From Azolla caroliniana (Eukaryota > Plantae > Polypodiophyta): a stretch of DNA of 64,000 bases. The stretch is from the NCBI GenBank assembly GCA_043228905.1, contig JBHGNT010000009.1, positions 9,114,001 through 9,178,000 of the forward strand, in the 5' to 3' direction. The notes beneath the pieces are model-generated. The model ran no database searches, had not been told where the DNA came from, and saw only the letters and a program-made list of their open reading frames with translations. How positions within the stretch are numbered: position 1 is the stretch's first letter; every line of letters begins with the position of its first letter. The position numbers were made by a program, and so were the translations under genes. This document shows, one piece after another, positions 1-17,258 of this stretch.

Positions 1-2831
1 AACCGTCTTCTGCAGCCTCGACTGCCACGAAAAAGCTCCCCCTGCATATGTCATTACATACCCGGATGTAGACCGGCTGGTATCCACATCAGCTGACATG
101 TCCGAATCGGTGAAACCGTCTAGTTGAGGTTTTCCAGAGCCGAATTGGAGACACATATTTGAAGTGCCCTTCAAATACCGGAGTATCCATTTGACTGCGT
201 TCCAGTGCTCCTTGCCGGGATTACTCATGAACCGGCTCACCACTCCGACTGCGTATCCAATATCCGGTCGGGTACAGACCATTGCGTACATCCAGCTCCC
301 GACAGCAGAGGCATATGGAATCTTCATCATATCTGCCTTCTCTCCTTTCGTCTTCGGGCTTTGCTTGCCGGATAGCTTGCAGTTTGCCAGAAGTGTCGAT
401 CCGACCGGTTTCGCATCTGACATGTTGAACCGGTGAAGCACCTTTGTCACGTACTTCTCCTGTGACAGCCATAATTGCTTCACTGACCGGTCCCGAATGA
501 TGTGCATCCCCAGCATCTGTCTTGCCGGACCCAAGTCTTTCATTGAGAAGGTCCGGTTGAGAGCCTTCTTCAGCATCCGTATTTTGACTTGGTCCCGTCC
601 GACGATCAACATGTCATCCACGTACAGGAGGAGTATCAGGAAGTCCCCTCCTTCGAACTTCTTCACAAACACGCAGTGATCGGCCTGCGTCTTGTGGTAC
701 CCTTGATCGGTCATGAAGGAGTCGAACTTCCGATACCATTGCCGAGAGCCTGCTTCAGTCCGTATAGGCTCTTCTTCAACCGGCATACCAGGTGCTCCTT
801 CCCTTTCTCCACAAATCCTTCCGGTTGCTGCATGTAGATCTCTTCTTCGAGGTCGCTGTGAAGGAATGCCATCTTCACGTCTAGCTGCTCTACCTCGAGG
901 TCCATGCTTGCTGCTATACTCAGCACCGTCCGGATGGAGGTCATCTTTACTACCGGGGCAAATATCTCGTCGAAGTCCACGCCCTTCTTCTGCTGGAACC
1001 CCTTCACCACGATCCTGGCTTTGTATCTCGGGGGGTTGCCGGCATCTCCCGGTTTCAACTTGTACACCCACTTGTTTCGGAGTGCCCGCTTTCCTTTCGG
1101 CAACTCCACCAATTCGTGCGTATGGTTCTCATGCAGGGAATCCATCTCATCCTGCATGGCACTTAACCATTTTCGGCTGTGGGTGTCTTCCTTCGCTTCT
1201 TCGAAGCTTTCCGGCTCCCCCTCATCGGTCAGCAGAACATGCTCTGCATCCGGAAATCTCCGGGGTGCCCTTCTCTCTCTGAGAGGATATCTACGTCTTC
1301 GGGCTTCGGTAACCGGCTCCTCCATTTGCTCTTCATCCGAATCCGATTCGGGGTCTTGGCCGGTTCCGATCTCAGCTTCCTGTACTTCTTCTTCTGCCGG
1401 TTCGGTATCCTCACCGTAACCGGCTGGTTCCTCGAGTGCTAACCGGTCTCTTGCCGGTTGGGTCTGCTCATCGTAGAGTCTATCCTTACCGGTCGACTCG
1501 GAGTTCATTATCTTCTTCTCCGACTCCCAGTCGGCGAGCGTCTTGTCCTCCATGAAGATAATATCTCGACTCCGGAATACCTTCTTGTCGACCAGGTCCC
1601 ACACTCGGTAGCCGAACTCATCCTCACCGTAACCGAGGAATATGCATGGCCGGGTCTTTGGATCTAACTTTCCTCTCCGGTCCTTTGCTACATGCACGTA
1701 CGCGAGACACCCGAACACCCTCAGATGCCGGTAGGACACTTCCTTACCGGTCCATACTCTCTGTGGCGTGTCTCCGTCCAAGGGTACTGAGGGTGATCTG
1801 TTTATCACATATGTTGTCGTCGACAGTGCCTCAGCCCAAAACTTCTTGGGTAGTTTTGCATGCGCTAGCATACTCCGGACCCTCTCCATTATGGTCTGGT
1901 TCATCCTCTCGGCCAGTCCGTTTAGTTCCGACGTCTTCGGCACGGTAAATTCGAGCCGGATTCCCTTCGAGCGGCAGTACTCCTCGAACTGCCCCCGGTA
2001 CTCTCCTCCGTTATCTGCTCGAACCGCCTTCAGCTTCCGGCCGGTTTCTCTTTCCACTCTCGCGTGGAGCTCTTTGAAGACGGATAACACCTGATCCTTT
2101 GTCTTCAACGGTGTGGCCCACAGCTTCCGGCTGTGGTCATCTATGAACGTCACGAAGTACTGCGCTCCGGCATGTGACTTCGTGTCTACTTGACACACAT
2201 CCGTATGCACCAACTCCAGTGGTGCATTACGTCTCATCGGTGGCCTTGGTCGGAAGGAGGTCCGGTTCTGCTTACCGACCAGGCAATCAGTGCACTTCTC
2301 TAAGTGCACGTTCTTCACTGGAATGAGGTTGTCGTCTGCAAGCCTCTTCATCCCCTTCTCGCTCATATGACACAGCCTCTTGTGCCACAGCTCACCGGCA
2401 GTGTCGGGTGCAACGTTCACTTCTTCTGGACATAACCGGGAATTCATCAGGTACAGCGTGTTGACCTTCCGGGCCCGAGCCACAATCAGGCTCCCTTTGC
2501 TGAACTTCATGACACCGTTCTGGATGCTACCCGTGTAGCCTTCATCATCTAGCCGACCGGCTGATATCAGGTTCAGACGAACTTCCGGAACGTGTCGGAC
2601 ATCCTTCAGCAGCAACTTGCATCCAGTTGGTGTTGTCAGCCACACGTCTCTTATGCCGACGATTCGGCGTGTTCCTTCATTCCCAATCCGGACACAGCCA
2701 TGATCACCGGCTGAATAGGATGAGAAGCATTTCCGGTCCGGGGTAAGGTGGAACGACGCTCCGGAGTCTAACACCCAGGTCATCTCGTCGCCGGCAAGGT
2801 TTATTTCACTCTCCTCGGTGATGAGCATCAA
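1..2831 (-). pseudogene. Copia pol (protease, integrase, RT, start of RNase H), frameshifted near 745
   Basis: WVLDSGASFH protease; LWHKRLCH...CxxC zinc finger; HTDVC/ADNGGEY/NGLAER integrase; YKARIVVKGF...SLYGLKQA RT. A 1-nt deletion breaks KQAPRQWY, and LLYVDDML, TRPDI and FTDSD continue in another frame down to position 1. Confidence 0.93.
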
Positions 2832-2958
2832 CTCTTCTTCACTTGCCGTGATTGTCGTCGTTCCCTTCCGGTCCGGCCCCCTCCGATCTTTACCGTTCCG
2901 ATCTTTACCGTTCCGATCCGGGGTTTGCTTCGAATCAGTACCGTCGGTTTCCTTGTCT

Positions 2959-3708
2959 TTACGGAAATGCCGACAGTTCTTTTGGAAGTGTCCCGGCTTG
3001 CCACAATAGACTCAAGTAGGCCTCCCCCTTGACTTTGACCGTGTCCCCGACTCTCTCCCGGTTCTGGGGACTACGGTTTCTATGTCTTCCGCGTTCCGAT
3101 TTGGTAAGAAGCACTTTGGAGTCGGAGCTCGTATCTTTGTCTTTCCGACGCGCCTCCTCATCTAGCAAGCTCGACTTTACTCTTGCTAGGGATAACCGCT
3201 TTCCTTCCGGCCTGGCGTTGCCCAAAGTGACAACCAACGTCTCCCAGCTATCCGGGAGGGAACCGAGCAGGAGTAGCGCAAGTACCTCATTGGCGAGAGG
3301 TACTTCCAATGAAGTTGCCTGGTGAATCAGCCCCTGGAAGGCATTCATGTGCTCCGCCATGCTGGAGCCATCATGGTACCGGAGTCTTACTAGCTTCCGG
3401 AATACCGAAACCTGGTTAACGGCATTTTTGTTTTGAAGCATTATGCCGATCTTCTCCCAGAGCTCATGAGCCTTGCTCTCTTCATTGAAGTTGTTGTACA
3501 GGCTCATGTCGATGAAGCACCGTACGTATGCCGTTGTCTTCATGTGCATCACCTCCCATATCGCGGCGTCGATTTTGTCTGGTCTCTTGTCCCCGAACTG
3601 AACCGGCAGCCAGAGGTCTTTGACCACGAGCATATCCCTCATCTTCGACTTCCACACTGAGTAGTTGGAGCCGGTGAGCTTGAACATGCCGCCAAATGAT
3701 TCGTCCAT
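2959..3708 (-). pseudogene. Copia gag (UBN2-type) with damaged zinc knuckle
   Basis: KLTGSNYSVWK and LLLGSLPDSWE motifs. The knuckle reads *VYCGKPGHFQKNC in a shifted frame, with the first Cys mutated to TGA. Confidence 0.9.
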
Positions 3709-3724
3709 TTTTCTGTGTTGTTTC

Positions 3725-3736
3725 GCTCTGATACCA
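3725..3736 (-). promoter_or_regulatory. Primer binding site, tRNA-Met type
   Basis: TGGTATCAGAGC on the minus strand, 2 nt inside the LTR end. Confidence 0.92.
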
Positions 3737-3738
3737 CT

Positions 3739-4562
3739 TGACGGGAACTCAAACGCTCCTTATGTCTAACGCTCGGCCACAACCGAGCTTCTTTTCATAC
3801 GCAGAAAATGGGAAACAAATGCATGACACGAAGTGAGAGAAGATACACACACTACACAGGAGGTTTACGTGGAAAACCCCAAACTAGGGGAAAAACCACG
3901 GCAGTCCACAGGCTGCAAACTGTCACTATGTAAGAATGTACAAAACAATGAGTCCACGGAGGCAACGACCTCGTGCTCACGATCTTCACCACTGGCGGCG
4001 GTTACAACAGAGGCAACGACCTCTATCTCTCTCTCTCTCTCTCTCTGTACAGTTACGCACTCTGATTTCGTGCAAAACAGAAAATGACAACAACAACTAA
4101 AAGTTTGCCCTAAGTCATATTTATACTAATATGAATTTTCGGCTATTTACAAATATAGCCTCGATGGGCTCTCAGAAACATATTTACGAATATGTCTCTT
4201 CCTCCGGTTCTCACCGGTTCTGTATCATCCGGCTCTCCGTAGCCGGGTACTCCTCATCCGGTTCACACCGGGCCTGCACCATCCGGCTCTCCGTAGCCGG
4301 GTACTACTCATCTGGTTCACACCGGGCCTGTATCATCCGGCTCTCCGTAGCCGGGTACTCCTCATCCGGTTCACACTGGGCCTGTATCATCCGGCTCTCC
4401 ATAGCCGACTACTCATCCGGTTCACACCGGGCCTGTATCATCCGGCTCTCCGTAGCCAGGTACTCCTCATACCGTTTCGGCCTCGGCCTATCGGTCTCGG
4501 CCGAGTTTGTTCGTCGGCACTGTTCTTCTCCCTTCCCATCCGGCGGGACCTGTCTCCCAACA
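3739..4562 (-). repeat. 5' LTR of the copia element, containing about five 54-bp tandem units at ~4195-4470
   Basis: Starts TGTTGGGAGACAGGTCCC and ends CA next to the PBS. Unit CTCCTCATCCGGTTCACACCGGGCCTGTATCATCCGGCTCTCCGTAGCCGGGTA is repeated. Resembles the solo LTR at 26648. Confidence 0.85.
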
Positions 4563-5627
4563 GGTGGAATTGTCGCATGTTCCGACGGATCAGCAGGTAG
4601 TCGATATCTTCACCAAACCCCGATATGCCGAACTTGAGGGGTAGGAGTGAAAGGAGGAATGGGAAAGACGACCGAGCCGAGTCGGAAACCGATTTCGACT
4701 TCGGCCCAACTGAAGAAGTCGGAGTGCACGGGACAACTAAAGAATCTGAGATCAGACACAGGGGGAGCCACCGGAACGGAGAACCCAAGCAGAAGCCAAC
4801 GGAAAAAGGGGGAGGCAAAGCCAGGAAGGCCAAGACCTAGACGTGGTCTGATGTGGTAAAGGGCCTAAAAGATGATGACGAATTGGAGACAGCCAATTCA
4901 GACAAGAGCTAGAACAAATCGGAGGTAGTCAATTCTAAAGAAGCGTTCGATTCGAAGGAGCCGAATCAACTGGAGGCCAAACAGGCGAGATGGCAGCGGA
5001 AGTCGACACCGACATGGAGGAACTGACGGGTCGAGATGCACCGAAGTCGCAACAACGAAGGAACTGAGATGGGCTTGTTGAGCAGACAAGTTGATCGAGG
5101 AGGTCGAGGAGTGCAGAACTGGAGGGGTCACAGAAGGAGGAACTGGACCGGACGAGGAGCGCTAGTGAGACGGGAGGATGCCAAAAGGAGCTAGACGAAA
5201 GAACCTGCTGCCCCAGAAAAGGACATTGTGATCTGGCCTGAAGTTGAGCTTGAGGGGGAGTATTGAGCTGACAAGCTCAACCGTATCCGGATCAGCTGAA
5301 TAAGCCAGAGACGGAACGGATTGTATTCGGTAGGCCGTTAGAGGCCTACAAATCTAGCCTAGTACGTAGGCATATTTTTGGGAGTCAATGTCAGCCATGC
5401 GTATGAGCATTGAAGTACATAGTACTTCTGTCAGTCCCTTGTGGACTTGTATAAAAAGTGCTCACTAAGCACATCCTATGTACAAAGTATTAATTTTTTA
5501 ATATAGTTTATGTTATTCTGCTCTCTCTGTCTCTCCTGTGTATTCCCTATTCCTAAGCGTCCATTAAACCTTTATTCTCTGTTTCATGTTGCTATCCGGA
5601 AAAACCGGTTTGTGAAACCTTCCACAT
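4563..5627 (+). mobile_element. 3' end of a second copia element (RNase H tail, PPT, 3' LTR ~5261-5627) into which the first copia inserted
   Basis: VELSHVPTDQQVVDIFTKP begins right at 4563; PPT GAGGGGGAG at 5252-5260; LTR similar to those at 25351 and 31408. Confidence 0.8.
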
Positions 5628-6330
5628 TAACTTTGACAGCAATCAAGTTCAATCCATTATGGTTCATTGGTATCATACCGCTTTCAAAGATGCATTTATT
5701 GGGAAGTACTCTTTAGAGATGGTTAAGGATGTCAGAGGCACAAGCAGAAACTGGAGAAGAAAGAATCTACCCAACATGTCTACTCTAACACTTATGTCGA
5801 TATACTCATGTATGACTTCTACTTGACCAAAACAGGCCATCTAAGACAGACTACAATCAAGATATAAAAGAGAAGGTCCCAGATGTGGTTGTTGACAAAT
5901 TATAGATATGAACAAGGAGTATGTCTCATTATGACGGTGACGTTGGATTGCAATTGGTTGAGGACAATGCATTGGTTGCTAGTGATGATGAGGATGAGAC
6001 CTCACAAAGCTCTTCTAGTTCATCGGATGAGTCTGAAGGGGAAGGTGTATCTCTGGGAAGTGATGGATCTCATATACGAAATGTAAATATTGTATGTTAC
6101 ATCAATATAGCGATTGACAAATATTTATAAATATAGGTGTTAGTAATTTTGTAATTTTTGTACGTTCTCTTGTCAATTTCACGTGTCAATTATTTAGGCA
6201 ATGTTTGAAAGCCCTAAATTTTTGGACATAGTATAAATCAATATATTTTGATTCAATTTCCAAAAACCTTTACGCATGCGATGGTCCTTTTTGAGAAATG
6301 ACCTACTTTGTGCCTTTTTTGGACAGACTA
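5628..6330 (+). pseudogene. Remnant 3' end of a transposase gene homologous to 52192-52620
   Basis: Translates to QVQSIMVHWYHTAFKDAFIGKYSLEMV...DILMYDFYLTKTGHLRQTTI...EDNALVASDDEDE, matching IKSINVHWYNTRSANAFTGKYTLEMI...DIIVYDFTHTKAGRLRKSTI...EDNALIGTSEDDEE. Confidence 0.8.
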
Positions 6331-6371
6331 TTCTTAAATTGCGACATATTACCTATTTCAAATGTCTTGGT

Positions 6372-6856
6372 GTTACCCTATGAGAATACATTTCTCCGAC
6401 CCTGGATCGAGCTTCTGATGTTTCTCGTCGGGAATATGTATATATGCAATTGAACCGAATATCCTGATGTGGGATAGGTCCGGTTTCTTAACGTAAAACT
6501 TCTCATGGGGGATAAAATCATGCACTTCTAATGTTGTGCAGCGATTCATCAGATAGACAGCCGTATTCGCCGCGTCAACCCAATATGAGTTTGGTAGATG
6601 TTTCTCGTTTATCATTGCCCTTGCCACCTCGAGTATGTGCCGATTCTTGCGTTCAGCTACTCCATTCTACTGAGGTGCATGTCGACAGGTAAACTCCCGT
6701 TGGATTCCTTCTTGTCGAAGGTATGTTGTAAAGGCGTCGGAGAAGTACTCTTTGCGGTCGTCCGATTGAAGGCATCGGACATGCCGACCAGTTGCCTTTT
6801 CAACTTCGTTTTTGAAATTTTGAAAGTGTTTGAACACTTCGCTCTTCTCCCGCATA
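6372..6856 (-). pseudogene. Copia integrase fragment (different family)
   Basis: KSEVFKHF...CLQSDDRKEY...APQ*NGVAERKN...YWVDAANTAVYLMNR...IFGSIAYIHIP...KLDP. Confidence 0.88.
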
Positions 6857-9505
6857 GGGAGAATTAGAATTAGAATTAGATTAGAGAGGGGGGGGGAGGC
6901 ACTATTAATAAAAAGCACATTTTTAATCCTCCTCTACAAGTTTCGTCCGATGGATGGGATGTAGGCCTCGGTCAAAACGTCATGGATTCAACTCCCACCG
7001 TTCAAAAATCAATGTGTCCTCACAACTTTTCAATTGATGGTCGGAATCGAGATCTAAAAATTTAATTCCTCACAACCCTCCATTAGAAACTTTGAGTGAA
7101 TGCAATGACTTTTTGGATGCAACAAATTTGGGCAATAGTCTTTTCATCGATTTTTCTCCAAAATTGTGTAAGTTTGCACCCTAAGCTTGGAATTCAGTTT
7201 TCAAAAGTCCAACACGTTCCTTGTTTGATCAAGATTGATTCAAGTAGAAGATTTACACGATTTAATTGAAAATAGATATCAATTTAAAAAATTATACTCC
7301 TTTATGAATTCAAAAGATACAACGAGTTTCTCAACTCCCTTACTTAGAGTGGCTTAAAAGGTAGATAGATAAAGAAGATTAGTAGGTATTGTAGGAATAT
7401 CCTTGAATTTCAGTTTAGAGGACCAACAAGACGGCATTGTTGTCTCTTGTAGTCAATGATCAATTATCCATTTGCATTATTCTTGTTCATCTTTTGTAAT
7501 CCATACATGACTTGAACCTTTGTCCTTCCCTTCCTAGAGTGAACACTAGTCAATTGAGCTATGTTTGATTACATTTCATTTATGTCCTTCTTGTCATAGC
7601 TTTTCCCTATCCTTCAATCTTCCATATATAACCCATTTCCTCATGTGCGCTCCTCACATCACAACAACATTCTGTTATGCAACTCCTATTTCTATTGCCA
7701 TTTCCTTAGACCTACCCTCTTTTGTAAGTATGAATCCCACCCCAATTAAGTAAAGAAGTTGACAAAACTTGTACAAAAGGAGTTCTTACAGTTTGGCTCA
7801 ATAGTCTTAACCTTAATCACTCAACTCACTACAAACACATGTTTTAAAGAATAGGGAAAGAGATTTGGCTTAAAGAGAAGAAAAAACTAAAGATCCATGA
7901 GGAAGAGTTAAAAAGTCAGAAAAGTAACTTTTATAGTACCAACATCAATGGCAACGTCTTTATGGGTTGTGCTACGTCTGGCGGGTATTTAACACAAATA
8001 TATGCATAGGCAAATATATGTAAGTGTGTGTTTGGTTCTCATCATTTAGGGGAGAAGAGTAGACTTTAGGAAATCGTCTTTTATATATGCATATATATTT
8101 ATTGGTAATGGAGGGTTATTTGGGGAACATAAAGTTTTACCTCCCTTTTAGGTTCGTGGACATGTGTCTATTGTTAGCCAATAGCTCATCAATTCTCTCT
8201 TATTTTCACACCCCTCATCTCTACTCAAATTACGACCTAGACGCCTCTCCTCTTTCGTGAAGTTTCCACAAAGAAATCCTTAGTGGACATTTCCACAAAG
8301 GAAAAGTATTCATGGTATAGGTTTTAATGAAGGTTTCAAATTTTTGTGCAAACCTTTTCCATGAAGATTTTTCACTTCATGGAATTGAGTTCCCCGAAGG
8401 TTATCCACCTTTGAAACCTTCATGGGAAGAATTTCGCACAGCTTTGCAATCTTGGTTCAATGTCAAAGGTTGCAAGCATGGTGTTGTGCATCAATCTATG
8501 ACCTTCATGGAAATGAGCTGCACAAATGTTGAAAACCATTGTCATACATGCCATTTGACCAATAGTATTGTCAAACCAAACCATGTCTCTTTTACGGTGG
8601 ACAAATGGCCTTAGGGAAAATAACAAAACTAGGTATTTATGGAAAACCCAAAATGGAAAAAAATGGGACATCTCAAAGTTTTTCTCTTTAAAAAGGTCCA
8701 TTATCACTAACTAGTTAAACATATGTAAGTTATGGTTGTTGCCATCATTTTCATTTTGATGAAAAGAAGTTCAAAAATGTTATAAGTTAAGAGGATTTCA
8801 AAGCTTAATCACATTTCATTCACTAGTTTGTTTGTAAGATATTGCATGTGTTATTTAGGACATTGTGGTCAAACTTGCATATGATCATATGACCCGATTC
8901 CAACAATAAAGTTAAGGATGTGCTAATTTTAATCAATGGATCCATAATTTTATATATATATATATATAATGATGGTGCATTAACAGATCCATGCACAGGT
9001 TAGATGGTTTTCTCATACAAATATAAATGTGTGAGGTTTTGGATTCAAACTAAAACCCCCACGTGTGAAACCCAAACATATATTTGGGGGTATTCAATAC
9101 CACACTAGTTTCAATTGCAATGTTTTCATGATAACTATGAGGGAAGTACTAACATCAGCATATCAGCTATTAAAGTTATGATCTACTGATCTACTAGGTT
9201 GTCCAAGACACAATAATATAAAACACATAGCTTATTGAGTAGAATGAAGATAACACAGACATTATGTTCTTGAGCAGTTATATGGTCCTTTTGTGCCTTT
9301 TACTACAGAACAGCTTTTGCAAAATACAAAATGTCTGGGACAAACTCATAAATATGTACACAAGAATGCATCCCTTAAATATCACATTAAACTTGAACAT
9401 ACATAGAATTTTGAGCTTATCTGAAAATATATTTATGTTGTTTCCACAACCCTACTTACGTAAAATGATTTGTATAACAAATATTTTCAGGATTTACAAC
9501 ATTCC

Positions 9506-9629
9506 TAATCTCATCCATCTAGTATAACAGCAATAATAAGACACTAGTAATTTCAATAAAACGTGTTAATCTCATCCATCTAGTATAACAGCAATAATAA
9601 GACACTAGTAATTTCAATAAAACGTGTTA
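9506..9629. repeat. Direct tandem duplication, 61-bp unit x2
   Basis: TAATCTCATCCATCTAGTATAACAGC...AAAACGTGT occurs at 9506 and 9567. Confidence 0.9.
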
Positions 9630-10253
9630 CAACAAATCTTACCTTATTTTGATTCTTATATAATACTCTTTTTTTTGTAAAGCTTTTATAGCTGCAACTC
9701 TAAATCATTTCTACATTTTTATCATGTCCTCACACCGGATAATGATATGATTATGAAGACGTCGCAAAATCTGTCAGATTTGCTACCAAGAACCTTTTTA
9801 AGTCAATGGCACTTGATGATTCAAGTCAAATGATGAAATACCCTCATCATTTAATTATAAAAACGTTTCAAGTTATCTGTTGAAGTCCATGATTTCTCAT
9901 ACTAATAATGTAAACTTACCAGGTAAGAATGGCTTATTACAATTAATATTAAAAAACATGCTATCCCTTTTATGGAGAAAAAAAATTGTTCCCGTTTTAA
10001 GCATTAAGATTTACGAAAAATGACAACGTAGACATTCCTTTTGACGACAATAGCCACAGATAAATATCTCTACTATCTTTGAAAAGGAAAAAGAAACTTG
10101 GGCGCAGAAAATTTATGTACTTAATAACATACACACACACACACACGCCCCTTGGTGGTCATTTGGGAATCATGGTATGTGAGCATTTGAATATCATTTG
10201 TGAAATTTAGGAGCAACAATAAATTGGTCCTGTAACAATATATTTGGGTCATT

Positions 10254-15468
<5,215 letters not shown>

Positions 15469-15996
15469 GATTCTCTTATGGAAGGATAAGATGAAGATGT
15501 TGATGAAGAAAAGCAACGCAGAGTACACCTTTCATCCTTTTCGGGTTGGGGCCAAAAATGACGATGTTTTCCTCAGGATTTGTGTTGGCAAAGAAGAGAA
15601 ATTGGAGGGAAACGAGGAGAAATTAGGGTTAGGGTTTTTGAAAAAAGGGATGAAGATTTTGATGGCGATGGTTACGACGATGGTGGAGATGAAAGGGAAG
15701 GAGAAGAAGAACTCTGCTTCGTCCCGCCATCGCCATGGCCCTCTCCTCTCCAGGGTCAAAACATTGGGAATATAAAATTACAAAAATGGGCCTGTGGTTG
15801 TCCTTTAATTTCAAGGTTTACCAAATTTACAAAATAAATACCCCCCAAAAACAAAATGCCCTTCTCTCAGTTCTATTTTTACTTTATTTTATTTTAATTC
15901 TGATGATTGGATAAATACCAATTTTTGTTGTAAACCAACTCTCTCATGGGCCAATTTTGGCCTTAAGAAGACATTAATATATCTTTCTTTCTTTCT

Positions 15997-16000
<4 letters not shown>

Positions 16001-16032
<32 letters not shown>
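16001..16032. repeat. (CT)n/(GA)n microsatellite upstream of the kinase
   Basis: About 16 TC units in a row. Confidence 0.9.
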
Positions 16033-16035
<3 letters not shown>

Positions 16036-16588
16036 CCCTAACCCTATTTCCCTTCTATATACCCAACTCCAAGAAAAGGTAGGAAAAAAAAACATAGAAT
16101 GCATGTATGTATTAATTATTATGGCTATTGGGCGTATCCTGACCATCCCCAAATGCTACATGAACATCGAGCAAACGTGTGCTCGTCAAATGTCTCTGCG
16201 AGATAAAAAAGATGCTCCTCTGAAAACTTCTTTGAAAAGGCTACATTGTTCTACACAAAGAGGAACATAGTCTGAATGCTTGGAAAACCTGATCCATTTG
16301 GGACATGGACTCACGACCGCTCACGATTTGCATGAATGTGTGGCTAATTTCTCGGAAAATCTTTTAGATTGGGTTTAGGTATTGCTTAGTGTCCAATAGA
16401 GAAGCCAATATTGACCCATGGAACTTAAGTACAAAAGTTTTCTTAACGGGTTTCTCTTTGCTTAGAAGGTTTTGATCTATTGGAGAAATTTTCCTTTCAC
16501 ATGTCATCCCCATCAATGAACTAGTTAGTAGAAACAAATAAACTAGAATCAAAGTCCATTGACGTGAAACTACTTGAAGCAATAAAAG

Positions 16589-16735
16589 GTTTAGGTCAAT
16601 GGAATCCATGTGAATCAATATAAGTTTATACCTCTAGACATAACCAATAATGTTGCAAATGCGTTTAGGTCAATGGAATCTATGTGAATCAATATAAGTT
16701 TATACCTCTAGACATAACCAATAATATTGCAAATG
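16589..16735. repeat. Direct tandem duplication, ~74-bp unit x2
   Basis: GTTTAGGTCAATGGAATC...TTGCAAATGC occurs twice. Confidence 0.85.
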
Positions 16736-17258
16736 CTTATGTCGGAATGCAACATAAAAATACACAAATCAAGATATACTTATCATGCAAATTGAAATAA
16801 AAAAAAGCAAACAATGGGTTTTATAGAGTCAACAACAATGAGATTCTGATCTTCAATAGAAAATGCCAAAGGTCATCAATCAAATATACCAAGAAAGCTC
16901 TGGAACATATGTTCTTGATAGACATCTAGCAATTTCATGGACATTATTCAAATCATCAAATAGTATGTAGTCTTGAGTCAAGCATATGTAGGGGATGTTT
17001 TTTTATGTCTCGTGATCACTTCAACAATATGTCAATTATTATGGACATTTTGCAACTATACCATGATGTGATGCGTTAAGGTTTAAGCTCAAACTTAGAA
17101 ACTCTAAGTTGTTGTTGCCATTCGATATATAATGCATTTTTATGGCCAAAAGAAATCATCAATCTAGATCAAATGGTAAGGTATTTGTCATGTACGTCTC
17201 CTGTGACAGTATTTAGGTTGTCCACTTAGTTGGAAGATCATTAAGGAAATTAAGAGAG

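Larger units (their letters stand above)
1..4562 (-). mobile_element. Ty1/copia LTR retrotransposon (5' LTR, PBS, gag, pol; 3' end lies beyond the window start)
   Basis: Minus-strand order gag-PR-IN-RT-RH; Met-type PBS at 3725-3736; LTR 3739-4562 reads TG...CA on the minus strand. Confidence 0.95.

Noticed and set aside
164-2094. Numerous plus-strand ORFs of 60-190 aa
   Set aside because: They are antisense shadows of the GC-rich copia pol.
7950-8715. Possible non-autonomous Helitron or MITE
   Set aside because: It looks repeat-like and ends near CTAG, but I could not define a hairpin, TIR or TSD.
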